Assembly: GCA_036337435.1 (NCBI GenBank)
Contig: JAYZEG010000062.1
Location: 96,001-160,000 of the forward strand
Direction: 5' to 3'
DNA length: 64,000 nt
From: Myxococcota bacterium
GTDB lineage: Bacteria; Myxococcota_A; Bradymonadia; UBA7976; UBA1532
A model generated the notes under the pieces. It ran no database searches and was not told the origin of the DNA. It worked only from the letters and a program-made list of their open reading frames with translations. How positions within the stretch are numbered: position 1 is the first letter of the stretch; each line of letters starts with the position of its first letter. Both the position numbers and the translations under genes were made by a program. Positions 39,322 to 48,413 of this stretch are shown here, piece after piece.

Positions 39322-40041
39322 TTAACGGTCTAAATACACCGGGATTCGAGTCTTTAATTCTAATGTTGGAAGGTCGATCTCGAGCCGATATGCGATGACC
39401 TCGACCCCGGTTTTATGGGCTTCTATTAATGTGTTTGCATAGATTGGGTCGATGTCTGCGGCTGGTTCAAATTCGGTTGCACCCGTTCTGGCAATACAGA
39501 AGACCAGCACGGATCGGTGGCCATCTTTGACCATAGTCATCAATTCTCTCAGGTGCTTCGTCCCCCTTGACGTGACTGAATCGGGAAAGCGGACCAATCC
39601 ATTTTCACCGGGCAGCGTTACATTTTTTACCTCAACATAGCAGGTCGAGTTGTCCGTCGAGAGCAACAAGTCGATACGAGAATTTTCGTCTCCGTATCGA
39701 ACCTCTCGTTTTATGTTCTCATAGCCTTTGAGTTCTTCGATAACACCATTGAGGACCGCCTCTTCGACCAGGCTGTTGGGACGCTGGGTGTTTACGCAGA
39801 TCTTTTCGTCATTATGTTCAATAATTTCGAGTGTATGCCTGAGTTTCCGCTTTGGGTTCTCGGAGTCGCTTACCCAGGCCCATGCGCCCTCGATAGCGCA
39901 GCCTTTCATCGACCCACTATTCGGGCAATGAACGGTGAGTATATCACCGGATTCTAACTCTATGTCTGCAAAGAAGCGTTTGTAACGACGCACAAAACGT
40001 CCACGGATTAGGGGGCGATTGATCTTCACGACGAGTCTCAC
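39322..40041 (-). CDS. sfsA: Sugar fermentation stimulation protein / DNA-RNA nuclease SfsA
   Basis: RRYKRFFAD, HCPNSGSM, SRIDLLL, YVEVKNVTL, FPDSVTSRGTKHL. Confidence 0.96.
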   Translation of the reverse strand: MRLVVKINRPLIRGRFVRRYKRFFADIELESGDILTVHCPNSGSMKGCAIEGAWAWVSDSENPKRKLRHTLEIIEHNDEKICVNTQRPNSLVEEAVLNGVIEELKGYENIKREVRYGDENSRIDLLLSTDNSTCYVEVKNVTLPGENGLVRFPDSVTSRGTKHLRELMTMVKDGHRSVLVFCIARTGATEFEPAADIDPIYANTLIEAHKTGVEVIAYRLEIDLPTLELKTRIPVYLDR

Positions 40042-40055
40042 TTTTCCAACAGGGC

Positions 40056-40084
40056 TTGAGAATTGGCCGAGTTCGCATCATAAT
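40056..40084 (+). promoter_or_regulatory. Candidate sigma70-type promoter of the flagellin gene
   Basis: TTGAGA (40056-40061), 17-nt spacer, CATAAT (40079-40084); GGAGG RBS before ATG 40130. Confidence 0.45.
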
Positions 40085-40129
40085 ACGGAGTGATAAGACT
40101 TCCAAGAGTCGCACCACGGAGGGTGAATA

Positions 40130-41545
40130 ATGGGTATCAAGGTAAACGACCGAACGCGTGCGCTTCAGGCGCAGCGCAACCTCAATCTCAACAAGCTACT
40201 TCTTTCCAAGAACTTCGAACGGTTGAGTAGCGGCTTGCGTATCAACCGGGCAAGCGACGATGCGGCCGGGCTGTCCATTAGCAGTCGAATCGACAGTCAG
40301 GTTCGCGGTATCGGTCAAGCGATGCGCAACGCGAGCGATGGGGTCTCTGCAGCGCAAACAGCGGACGCTGGTCTCAATAGTGTGACCGAGAACTTACAAC
40401 GTATGAGAGAGTTGGCCGTCCAAGCATCCAACGGCACACTTACATCGTCCGACCGGAAGGCGATCCAGAGTGAAATCAATCAGCTCGGCGATGAAATCGG
40501 TTCCATCGGTGAACGAACAACCTTCAATGGTCGAAAATTGATTGGAGGACAGGCAAGCCCCTTCCGTTTGCAGGTGGGCGCTAATTCAAGTGAATCGGTC
40601 GACCTGCCCAACGCGGATGTACGAACCAATCAATTGGGGTCGACACCTGAGGTGACCTCTGCATCCATTGGCGGTAATGGGGTCCAGGCGGGTGACCTGT
40701 CCATAAATGGGGTCAGCATTAGAGCAACTCAGGCTGTCGATGATCAAGTATCGACGGTTCAATCGAGCGGGAGTGCCATTGCTGTCGCGGCAGCCATCAA
40801 TGACTCAACGCCGAACACGGGTGTCTCTGCAATCGTTAATGAAACGGTGACCGCGGGCGGGCAAGTCGCTGGTGGTGGACTCGACTCTCAAAACCAGTTA
40901 ACCATAAACGGGACTGCCATTACTGGAGTTCAGGTCGCAGCTGGCGACGCTGGAAATTCCCTGATTTCTGCAATCAACGCTCAATCCGACCTAACGGGTG
41001 TCACCGCATCGAGAGATCGTTCGGGGGGCGTTGAATTGTTGGCTCAAGACGGCCGAAATATAGATGTTCAGGCGACCGGAAATGCGGAGGCCATCACGGG
41101 CCTTTCGGCGGGCACTACCCAGGGCACGGTTACGCTCCGCGGAGATGCTCAATTCGATATTGCTGGTGCCGATCCGGCCGCCGCAGGACTTTCCGCCGGT
41201 ACGGTCGGGTCGACGCAGGGCACCGCTGTAGCTGCAATTGATGTGACTACGCAAGCGGGTGCGAATGACGCTCTGGAGACCATTGATCGAGCACTCGAGC
41301 AGGTGACGAGTCAGCGTGCTCGATTCGGAGCGACCCAAAATCGATTGGAATCGACCATCAACAATTTGGCGAATACATCGGTGAACTTACAAGAATCCAA
41401 TAGCCGCATTCGAGATGCTGATTTTGCAAAAGAAGCATCGGAACTTCTTCGACGCCAAATACTGGAGCAGGCACAAATTTCTATCCTCGGGCAGTCGAAC
41501 AATCTGTCAAAACAAAGTGCGATCAAGCTCCTTGGTGGAGCCTGA
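40130..41545 (+). CDS. fliC: Flagellin
   Basis: ERLSSGLRINRASDDAAGL, LQRMRELAVQASNGT, QVGAN, RARFGATQNRLE, SRIRDADFA; two internal INGxxI (Flagellin_IN-like) units. Confidence 0.95.
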   Translation: MGIKVNDRTRALQAQRNLNLNKLLLSKNFERLSSGLRINRASDDAAGLSISSRIDSQVRGIGQAMRNASDGVSAAQTADAGLNSVTENLQRMRELAVQASNGTLTSSDRKAIQSEINQLGDEIGSIGERTTFNGRKLIGGQASPFRLQVGANSSESVDLPNADVRTNQLGSTPEVTSASIGGNGVQAGDLSINGVSIRATQAVDDQVSTVQSSGSAIAVAAAINDSTPNTGVSAIVNETVTAGGQVAGGGLDSQNQLTINGTAITGVQVAAGDAGNSLISAINAQSDLTGVTASRDRSGGVELLAQDGRNIDVQATGNAEAITGLSAGTTQGTVTLRGDAQFDIAGADPAAAGLSAGTVGSTQGTAVAAIDVTTQAGANDALETIDRALEQVTSQRARFGATQNRLESTINNLANTSVNLQESNSRIRDADFAKEASELLRRQILEQAQISILGQSNNLSKQSAIKLLGGA

Positions 41546-41558
41546 TGGCGTATTTGAT

Positions 41559-42848
41559 CTAGTGAGATGAGGGACGCCGCCGATTCTGATGGCGGCTGGA
41601 CCGTTGGCCTTTGTTTTTTCGATTGTTTGAACGGGGTTTAGGTTCGAAAAGCGGCGGTGGAACAAACTCTTGTTCCAATTCGTGCCATTTCCTCGCACTG
41701 TCAGGAGAGAGATGCCCTGCATGGGCCCGAATCTGCGCAAACAGGACCGCTGACGCATAATTTGGACTCTTAGCAAAAGAGTGTCGCGAATTTTTTTTAT
41801 TGACCAAACGGGCAAATCGCAATTGCGACAGCAAAACCATGATGGTTGATTCCATGACCTTTCTCGGAATGCAAACTCGGATGGCCAGTGGTCTCGTCAG
41901 CTCTTCGACCAAGTACCGAAGTCGCGAGTTTTGAATTGGTTCAGACAGAGAACCGATGACGGCTTCAACCACAGGCCACATAAGAACGGCGATGATAATG
42001 CCATTGGGCATCCGCGGAATCTTCGCCATCTGAGTATCCAGTGCGTGGAACAAACGATCGATTCGCTCGCGCTCTGACTGGCTCAGTCTAGACAATGTTG
42101 CGGCGAGCTCTGGAATTAAAATTTCGAGTAAGCGCAGTTCGTCAAGCAATCTAACCGTCTCGACACAGGCTCCACCGCCAGCGAGTCTGAGTAGTTCTTC
42201 GTAGAGTCGTGGCAGCGCAGCTTTCCCGATCTCTGCTCGCTCATTGAGAATGGCTGTCCGGGTTTCTGATTCAATTTCGAAATCAAGTCGAGCCGCGAAC
42301 TTAACCGCCCGCAACATTCTCACAGGGTCTTCTCTAAACCGCGTTGTTGGATCGCCAATGGTTCTCAAAAGGCCGGCTTCGAGATCCGTCAACCCATTCA
42401 CGTAGTCGATGACCTCATCTCGATGCGCGTCATAGAAAAGTGCGTTGACAGTGAAATCCCGTCTCAACGCGTCAGATTTTGGCGTGCCAAACTGGTTATC
42501 ATCAAAAATGATTTGTCCATGCTCTAGGTTCTTCGGTTTAGCCCGGAAGGTCGCTGTCTCAATAATTTTTCCGCCCTCTCCAAGGATGTGTGCGAGTCGG
42601 AATCGTCGGCCAATTAGGCGACAGCGCCTAAACAATCGCTTTATTTCCCTTGGCTGCGCGGATGTGACCACATCAAAATCTTTTGGTTTTCGACCGATCA
42701 GCAGGTCCCGAACGCTTCCACCCACCAGATACGCATAGAAACCGTAGTCATGGAGTCGCCTTAGTACGCGAAGCGCATCACGGTCAATGTTCTTTTGCCG
42801 GATGCAATGGTCACTCATTCGGTTGGGTTCGATTTCTAACATGGCCAC
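41559..42848 (-). CDS. pcnB: Poly(A) polymerase I
   Basis: VGGSVRDLL, KDFDV, the PAP-specific LIGRRFRLAHI, RRDFTVNAL, EDPVRMLRA; basic C-terminal tail. Confidence 0.93.
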   Translation of the reverse strand: MAMLEIEPNRMSDHCIRQKNIDRDALRVLRRLHDYGFYAYLVGGSVRDLLIGRKPKDFDVVTSAQPREIKRLFRRCRLIGRRFRLAHILGEGGKIIETATFRAKPKNLEHGQIIFDDNQFGTPKSDALRRDFTVNALFYDAHRDEVIDYVNGLTDLEAGLLRTIGDPTTRFREDPVRMLRAVKFAARLDFEIESETRTAILNERAEIGKAALPRLYEELLRLAGGGACVETVRLLDELRLLEILIPELAATLSRLSQSERERIDRLFHALDTQMAKIPRMPNGIIIAVLMWPVVEAVIGSLSEPIQNSRLRYLVEELTRPLAIRVCIPRKVMESTIMVLLSQLRFARLVNKKNSRHSFAKSPNYASAVLFAQIRAHAGHLSPDSARKWHELEQEFVPPPLFEPKPRSNNRKNKGQRSSRHQNRRRPSSH

Positions 42849-43057
42849 GAAAAAATCCTAAATGGAACGGAATTGCAACGCAAACATCAGTCATTTTTGT
42901 TCAACGCCTACAAAATCTACAAAAAACGACCTAAACCGCAACATGCACTGTCAATGCTCGATTGACACATGAGCAGGGAGTTGAAATGCTGCCCAGCAAG
43001 TTTTTACCGTGACCAACGAATTACCGTTATTTCAGAATCAGATGAGGGAGGCAGAAA

Positions 43058-43699
43058 ATGTCTAGTGTCAATAAAGTGATCTTGGTTGGGAATCTAGGAG
43101 CTGATCCAGAGATTAGATACACACAGGGTGGGCAAGCCGTGTGCAATTTGAGAATTGCAACCTCTGAGAACTGGAATGATCGAGATGGTAACCGCCAGGA
43201 ACGTACAGAATGGCATAGCGTTTCAGTTTGGGGCAAACAGGCTGAAATCTGTGGTCAGTATTTAGCCAAGGGTCGGAAGGTCTATTTAGAAGGTCGATTG
43301 CAAAGTCGCGAATATACAGACCGAGAAGGCGTAAACCGACGCGCTTGGGATGTTGTGGCAAACAATGTTGTTTTCTTAAGCGGTCGAGATGATGGCGGCG
43401 GCGGTGGCGGCGGCTGGGGTGGAAATAAGAATCAAAGCGGCGGCGGCTGGGGCGGCGGTCAGAATCAGGGCGGCGGAGGCGGCGGCGGGGGCGGCGGTCA
43501 GAACCACGGCAGCGGAGGCGGCGGCGGCTGGGGCGGCGGTCAGAATCAGGGCGGCGGCGGCGGCTGGGGCGGCGGTCAGAATCAGGGCGGCGGAGGCGGC
43601 GGCTGGGGCGGCGGTCAGAGCAGCCAACCGCCGAGCCAAGGGACACCTCAACCATCGGGATCTAACGATTCAGATGGTGATGACCCTATTCCATTCTAA
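43058..43699 (+). CDS. ssb: Single-stranded DNA-binding protein
   Basis: [32 protein letters not shown]; acidic tip DDPIPF. Confidence 0.98.
   Translation: MSSVNKVILVGNLGADPEIRYTQGGQAVCNLRIATSENWNDRDGNRQERTEWHSVSVWGKQAEICGQYLAKGRKVYLEGRLQSREYTDREGVNRRAWDVVANNVVFLSGRDDGGGGGGGWGGNKNQSGGGWGGGQNQGGGGGGGGGGQNHGSGGGGGWGGGQNQGGGGGWGGGQNQGGGGGGWGGGQSSQPPSQGTPQPSGSNDSDGDDPIPF
43394..43620 (+). repeat. Imperfect tandem repeats in the ssb linker encoding (G)nWGGGQNQ
   Basis: Recurring ggctggggcggcggtcagaatcagggcggc units; five Trp-containing copies plus one Trp-less copy. Confidence 0.9.
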
Positions 43700-43726
43700 A
43701 CGGAGCTCCTACCAGACATTCTGTGC

Positions 43727-44176
43727 CTATGGCCACTTCACCTTCTTTTCCGTATCGGGAACGGGGCTCGGTTTAAGGTCCGGCTTGGAGGGCACTTGCT
43801 TCTCTTCGTCGACAAGGCGCCATCCCATCCGAGAGTGGTGCCATGTTTGGAGCCAGTTCGCTTGCTGAACTCTCATATCTGACGTTCGATACCAAGTAAT
43901 GGAGATCATGACTTTTGCTTTTGTCGCACGAGGCCCATCGCTCACCACTTGGACTAATCGGACATCACTCAGCTTTAGATTCTGGGCGTTTGCGATTCGT
44001 TGAGTCAGCCATTTTTCTCGTTTCTCTTTGGAAACATGAGACGATGCAGCAGGCCACATCCCCCATCGCACCTGCTGATTAAATGTACGCAATGTATCCC
44101 TTAAATGGGTCATTCGATTTGGCGTTGAACACGCGAGGACGCCCAATAAGCTTAGACAGATCACAGTGATTCGCAT
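43727..44176 (-). CDS. Hypothetical lipoprotein (possible NTF2-like fold)
   Basis: MRITVICLSLLGVLAC lipobox; FNQQVRWG, WYR and W-x5-W pattern seen in small myxobacterial lipoproteins. Confidence 0.7.
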   Translation of the reverse strand: MRITVICLSLLGVLACSTPNRMTHLRDTLRTFNQQVRWGMWPAASSHVSKEKREKWLTQRIANAQNLKLSDVRLVQVVSDGPRATKAKVMISITWYRTSDMRVQQANWLQTWHHSRMGWRLVDEEKQVPSKPDLKPSPVPDTEKKVKWP

Positions 44177-44220
44177 GATTTTTTTCTTTCTCCAAATCTG
44201 GACCGATCCCGAGATACAAT

Positions 44221-45756
44221 TCACTTCTTACCCCTGAGGACTTGCGTAAATCGAGCTTTGTCTTCAGCCCCAAACTCTCCGGTTATAACCAGCCCTACGA
44301 AGAACAGTAATCCGGCTACGACAGAGACGGTAAGAGCCATTACTTTGCCCATATCGGGTAGTTGCCGTCCGACCAGCGTAATGACAATACCAACCGATAA
44401 GACGCGAATGACCGTTGCCATTGGCATCGGCGAACCAAATCGCTTCCAAAGGGCAGCCAAGCCAAGGGCTAATCCGATTGTAAATGTTGCAAAGGTTCCA
44501 ATTGCTGATAGGCGGATTAAACTCTCTTTCGACGTAATTACATCAGAACCTAACTGCTGCATGACGACGAAGTAAATGATTGTCAGGGCAATGGTGACAC
44601 ACCCGACAACCAAAGCTTGTCCCGCCCTGTTCGATGACATAAGGAGTGTATTTACGATATTGAATAAACTGAATGAAAAGTAGGCTGGGGCCAACCAAAC
44701 CAACGCGATGGCACCAGCTTCATAACCCTTCGGAAGGATGGAAAAAATGGCATCAGGCATCGCCATCAATACGACGACGGCGGAGCCAACCAGAATTGTT
44801 GAATATCTGAGTGTTTGGCGAATGTAGACTCGAGCTCGGCTCAAATCTTGAGTAAAAGTCGCTTCGCTCATCATCGGAAAAATGACGAACGTAATCGCGA
44901 TCGTAGCTTGCCATGGCAAACGACTGACATTGACAGCCATCCCATAGTCGGCCATGACACCGTCTGCATTTCCAAAAAGGTTTGCGGCTATTGGCTTTAG
45001 AAACAGTGCGTCCAATTTGAAGATCAGATTAAAAACGAGTGTGTACAACATGACCTTTGCTGCAAATAAATACAGTTCAGAAATTGGTTCGCCGGGCTTG
45101 AGTGAACGTCTAACATAGAGAATTGCGATAACCATGATGATGACCGCAGCACTCGCGAAACCATAGAACGCGCCTAAGACACCGAGTCCAGCAGCAGCCA
45201 TCCCGAGAACAAGGGTCGCTTTTAGAGTGGTAAAGCCGATGTCAAACATGGCTTGATTCAAAAATCGTTTCTGCCCGTTAAGGGCCCCTATGTATACGGT
45301 ATAAATTCCATAGCAAAATAGAATAACACCGGCTGCCCGATAGCCATTACCCAAATCTGGATTGTTTCGACTTTCGGCTAGAAAATCGCCGCTTAGAATG
45401 AAGCCAAGACCAACAATTCCGCCAACGACAAGCATCATTTTCTGAGCTTGAGCGACAACCCCAGCCGCTGACTCAGGGCGTTCGGCCACAAATCGAGAGA
45501 CCGTTTGCATAACTCCAGTGACCATCATCATGCTGAATATGCTCAGAATGTTATTCAAGTCGTAGTATTGTCCATACAGCTTACGGCCATCACCACTAAA
45601 TGCTTGAAAGATGAACGGCAGGCCAAATGTTATGAGTGCGCCGCCCACCATGAACCATAATTTTGCTCCGGTGATTAATAAGAAGCCTCGACCGGCGACA
45701 GTCGCGTCGTTTTTCCTCGACGGGGCAGGTTTCTCCTGTTGTGAGATCGGTTCCAT
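44221..45756 (-). CDS. MOP superfamily oligosaccharide flippase (Wzx/MurJ-like)
   Basis: About 14 TM helices; YGQY, QTVSRFVAE, FVIFPMMS. Likely ATG start at 45756. Confidence 0.8.
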   Translation of the reverse strand: MEPISQQEKPAPSRKNDATVAGRGFLLITGAKLWFMVGGALITFGLPFIFQAFSGDGRKLYGQYYDLNNILSIFSMMMVTGVMQTVSRFVAERPESAAGVVAQAQKMMLVVGGIVGLGFILSGDFLAESRNNPDLGNGYRAAGVILFCYGIYTVYIGALNGQKRFLNQAMFDIGFTTLKATLVLGMAAAGLGVLGAFYGFASAAVIIMVIAILYVRRSLKPGEPISELYLFAAKVMLYTLVFNLIFKLDALFLKPIAANLFGNADGVMADYGMAVNVSRLPWQATIAITFVIFPMMSEATFTQDLSRARVYIRQTLRYSTILVGSAVVVLMAMPDAIFSILPKGYEAGAIALVWLAPAYFSFSLFNIVNTLLMSSNRAGQALVVGCVTIALTIIYFVVMQQLGSDVITSKESLIRLSAIGTFATFTIGLALGLAALWKRFGSPMPMATVIRVLSVGIVITLVGRQLPDMGKVMALTVSVVAGLLFFVGLVITGEFGAEDKARFTQVLRGKK

Positions 45757-45829
45757 TTTCGCTCGTTTGTCGTTTCTCGGGCGGACGATAGAAAATCGAT
45801 ACCTCCAGTGCAAGCACCCATTCAGAACT

Positions 45830-46972
45830 TTGTCCATTTCCAATCAATTAAAACGGGGCTTATCATTTCTTCTTCTCTCTTTCTCTCTGTCTGCCTGCTC
45901 GACGCCAAAGCAATCCGACATAATCGCAATCAACATCGTTCCACAGGGCTTCGACCAGTGGTCAGTGAGGGCTACGGGACCATCTAAACTGGTCATCGAT
46001 GGAGTCGAACAGAAAGACAATTATCAACGCGTTAATGGGTCGACAACTCGGGTTGTTCAGTTTGCTGAGAAGGTGTATCGGCTGCCACCGCGTCGTTCAG
46101 ATGGTTGTGGACGCGTCCGGTTTGTTGCCTTGGGTGACGGGCGCGCACACGTTGACCATATTGGCCCGTCCGCGTACTGGCCAGGTCTGCTCCAAGAGGT
46201 GTACCAGAGAACGCCCGCATTCATATTAAATACGGGCGACCTCGTTAAGCGTGGCCATCGAATTCATGAGTGGGCCAACTTTTTTCGTCAGACCAAGGTC
46301 ATTCCACCCATGGTATCTGTTCGAGGTAATCACGACCGAGGTGGTCTTTTTGAAGAGCTCATCGCTGTGGATCGCTTTGTTCATTGGTTTAGATGGGAAT
46401 CAGTTGGCATTATTGGTTTCGATACTGAGGTCTTGGACAATGAACTGGACCACGCACTCACTTTGCTTGACAGAAGCCTTGCGTCTCTCGACAGTCATTG
46501 GAAAGTTTTGTTTCTTCATCGACCGATTTGGTCCAGGGGCAATCATGGTTCAAATGAACGAGGATGGAACGAAAAACTGATTCCGATTATCGACCGACAT
46601 TCGATCGATCTTGTGCTCGCCGGTCACGACCATAATTATGAGCGGTTTTGTGCGAGCCGTGGTGCTAAAGCATCCAGCCGTTGCTCGGGTCCGGGTCTTG
46701 GGACCACGTATGTCGTGACCGGCGGCGCAGCGACGTTCACTAACCCAGTACCCGGTGTATCAAGAAAAGTAGACCGTGCGGTAAAAAATGCCGATGCCAG
46801 TGCCAGCAGAATTTTTTCAGGCGCGCACCATTTTATCGAATTGTCAGTGTCCGCACATCGGCTTAGTGCAATCGTTCATCGGACGCGAACGGGTAATCTT
46901 TTTGGTGCGAGTATCATGGATAAATTTACGTTGAACAAGAAGAACGAACGATGCCAAAAGACGTCGAGATAA
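45830..46972 (+). CDS. Metallophosphoesterase lipoprotein (calcineurin-like)
   Basis: Lipobox LSAC; LGDG, TGDLV, GNHD, LHRP, GHDHNYER, YVVTGG. TTG start at 45830 avoids overlap with the flippase. Confidence 0.88.
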   Translation: MSISNQLKRGLSFLLLSFSLSACSTPKQSDIIAINIVPQGFDQWSVRATGPSKLVIDGVEQKDNYQRVNGSTTRVVQFAEKVYRLPPRRSDGCGRVRFVALGDGRAHVDHIGPSAYWPGLLQEVYQRTPAFILNTGDLVKRGHRIHEWANFFRQTKVIPPMVSVRGNHDRGGLFEELIAVDRFVHWFRWESVGIIGFDTEVLDNELDHALTLLDRSLASLDSHWKVLFLHRPIWSRGNHGSNERGWNEKLIPIIDRHSIDLVLAGHDHNYERFCASRGAKASSRCSGPGLGTTYVVTGGAATFTNPVPGVSRKVDRAVKNADASASRIFSGAHHFIELSVSAHRLSAIVHRTRTGNLFGASIMDKFTLNKKNERCQKTSR

Positions 46973-47253
46973 GTTTCATACCCTTTGGCACAAAACTAAA
47001 TGTGCCGAGGGGACTATCGATTCTAAAGGCGATTCAGCGGGCTGGATATCCCGTAGGTTATTCTTGTCGTGGCCAAGGCGTTTGCGTCGCATGTTCTGTG
47101 TGGGTGAAGGGTGATGTCTCTGAGCAAACCCCTAGAGAGATACAGCTCCTTCAGGAGCGGGCTGACACTCAAAAACGAGGCGACTTTAGCTTGAGACTAT
47201 CGTGTTTGACTCAAGTGACGGGGCCAGTTTGTGTAACAACCGATTACTGGTAA
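46951..47253 (+). CDS. 2Fe-2S ferredoxin
   Basis: CRGQGVCVAC ... RLSC cluster ligands. Confidence 0.88.
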   Translation: MPKDVEISFIPFGTKLNVPRGLSILKAIQRAGYPVGYSCRGQGVCVACSVWVKGDVSEQTPREIQLLQERADTQKRGDFSLRLSCLTQVTGPVCVTTDYW

Positions 47254-47666
47254 TTTAACGTCCGAGCTGCTCGCATAGTTTTCTCGGCTGAAGAGCAAAA
47301 ATTTATTTGTCAAAATCTTGACAGAATTATGGGTGTTTTTTCCTGCAAAAACTTCATGTTCGCGATCTAAATGTCGTGGTTATGGATTGTTTAATCCCGC
47401 GAAAGACAGAAAAGACTGCCTGAACTGATGGACGGTTTGAGTTTACTGAACGCGGTCACACCCTTACATAAATCATTTGTTAGCCTATTTCTTTTTCTAA
47501 GAAAGTCTGTTTGATTTCAGCACTTTGTACGTCTAGTTAATACATAGAAACGTAAGCTGCTTCCCGCTCATACATGTAAATCACTCGATGCTAGAAGCCT
47601 GAATCTATGTGCCTGGTGTTTCTTGAAGGGGTCGATGTGTGAAATTAAGTCACCCGATGGAAAATA

Positions 47667-47683
47667 TTGGCATGGCAATCGCA
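47667..47683 (+). promoter_or_regulatory. Candidate sigma54 (-24/-12) promoter
   Basis: TTGGCATGGCAATCGCA, with GG (47669-70) and GC (47681-82) separated by exactly 10 nt, about 100 nt upstream of the ECF start. Confidence 0.55.
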
Positions 47684-47783
47684 TGCTTATACTCCCTGTA
47701 AGAACGGAGGCTTAAAAAGATTGGTTTCGGGGAATGATTTAATTCGCTCGATCTATTGCAGTATTACAGATGGAGGGTCCGCC

Positions 47784-48383
47784 ATGGTCACTAAAAAACA
47801 AGAAATGGAGCTCGTAGACAGAGCCTTGCTGGGAGATGAGCAGGCCTTTACCAACCTCATCAAACCGCTCAGGGATAAAATCTATTGGCGTGCAGTGAAG
47901 GCTCTACGCGACCTCGATCAGGCCGAAGATGTGACGCAAGAAACGATGATTCGAGCGTTCACTCGTCTGAGCACCTTCCGCGGAGAATCACGATTCAGTT
48001 CTTGGCTTTATATGGTCGCCAGCAATTGTATTCGAATGCATATCAGGTCGGCCAAACGTAAAGGGGCACTCCGCCTTGACGATAATATCACCCAAGTTGA
48101 GACACAGAGCCACAATGTCCTTCTGCTCCCTTCCAAATTGCCTGATGAAGCCGCTGAAGATACTCAAATCTTCACGGCCATCGAGGAAGCCATAGACACG
48201 CTTCCCGAACAATATGGTGCCATCTTGAGGCTATGGGTTGAAGATGGACTTGATCTGCGCGAGATTCATGAGGAGTCAGGTCTTTCCATCGCAGCGATCA
48301 AGTCACGCTTGCATCGGGCTAGACGGCGTTTGAAAGAGCAACTTGATGCTCGGTATGGAGAGGGTACGCTGCTCGCCGCATAG
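47784..48383 (+). CDS. ECF (sigma70 group 4) RNA polymerase sigma factor
   Basis: GDEQAF, AEDVTQE, FRGESRFSSWLY, IKSRLHRARRRL. ATG at 47784 after GGAGG. Confidence 0.93.
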   Translation: MVTKKQEMELVDRALLGDEQAFTNLIKPLRDKIYWRAVKALRDLDQAEDVTQETMIRAFTRLSTFRGESRFSSWLYMVASNCIRMHIRSAKRKGALRLDDNITQVETQSHNVLLLPSKLPDEAAEDTQIFTAIEEAIDTLPEQYGAILRLWVEDGLDLREIHEESGLSIAAIKSRLHRARRRLKEQLDARYGEGTLLAA

Positions 48384-48413
48384 CGACGCGCTGCCCTCCG
48401 AGGAGGCAGCCTT

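Noticed and set aside
43113..43868. Arg-rich and Ala-rich repetitive ORFs overlapping ssb
   Set aside because: They are alternative-frame and antisense shadows of the GGC-rich ssb linker.
45830..46972. Purple acid phosphatase assignment for the metallophosphoesterase
   Set aside because: The GDxxY motif lacks the Tyr (GDLVK), so only the general family is called.
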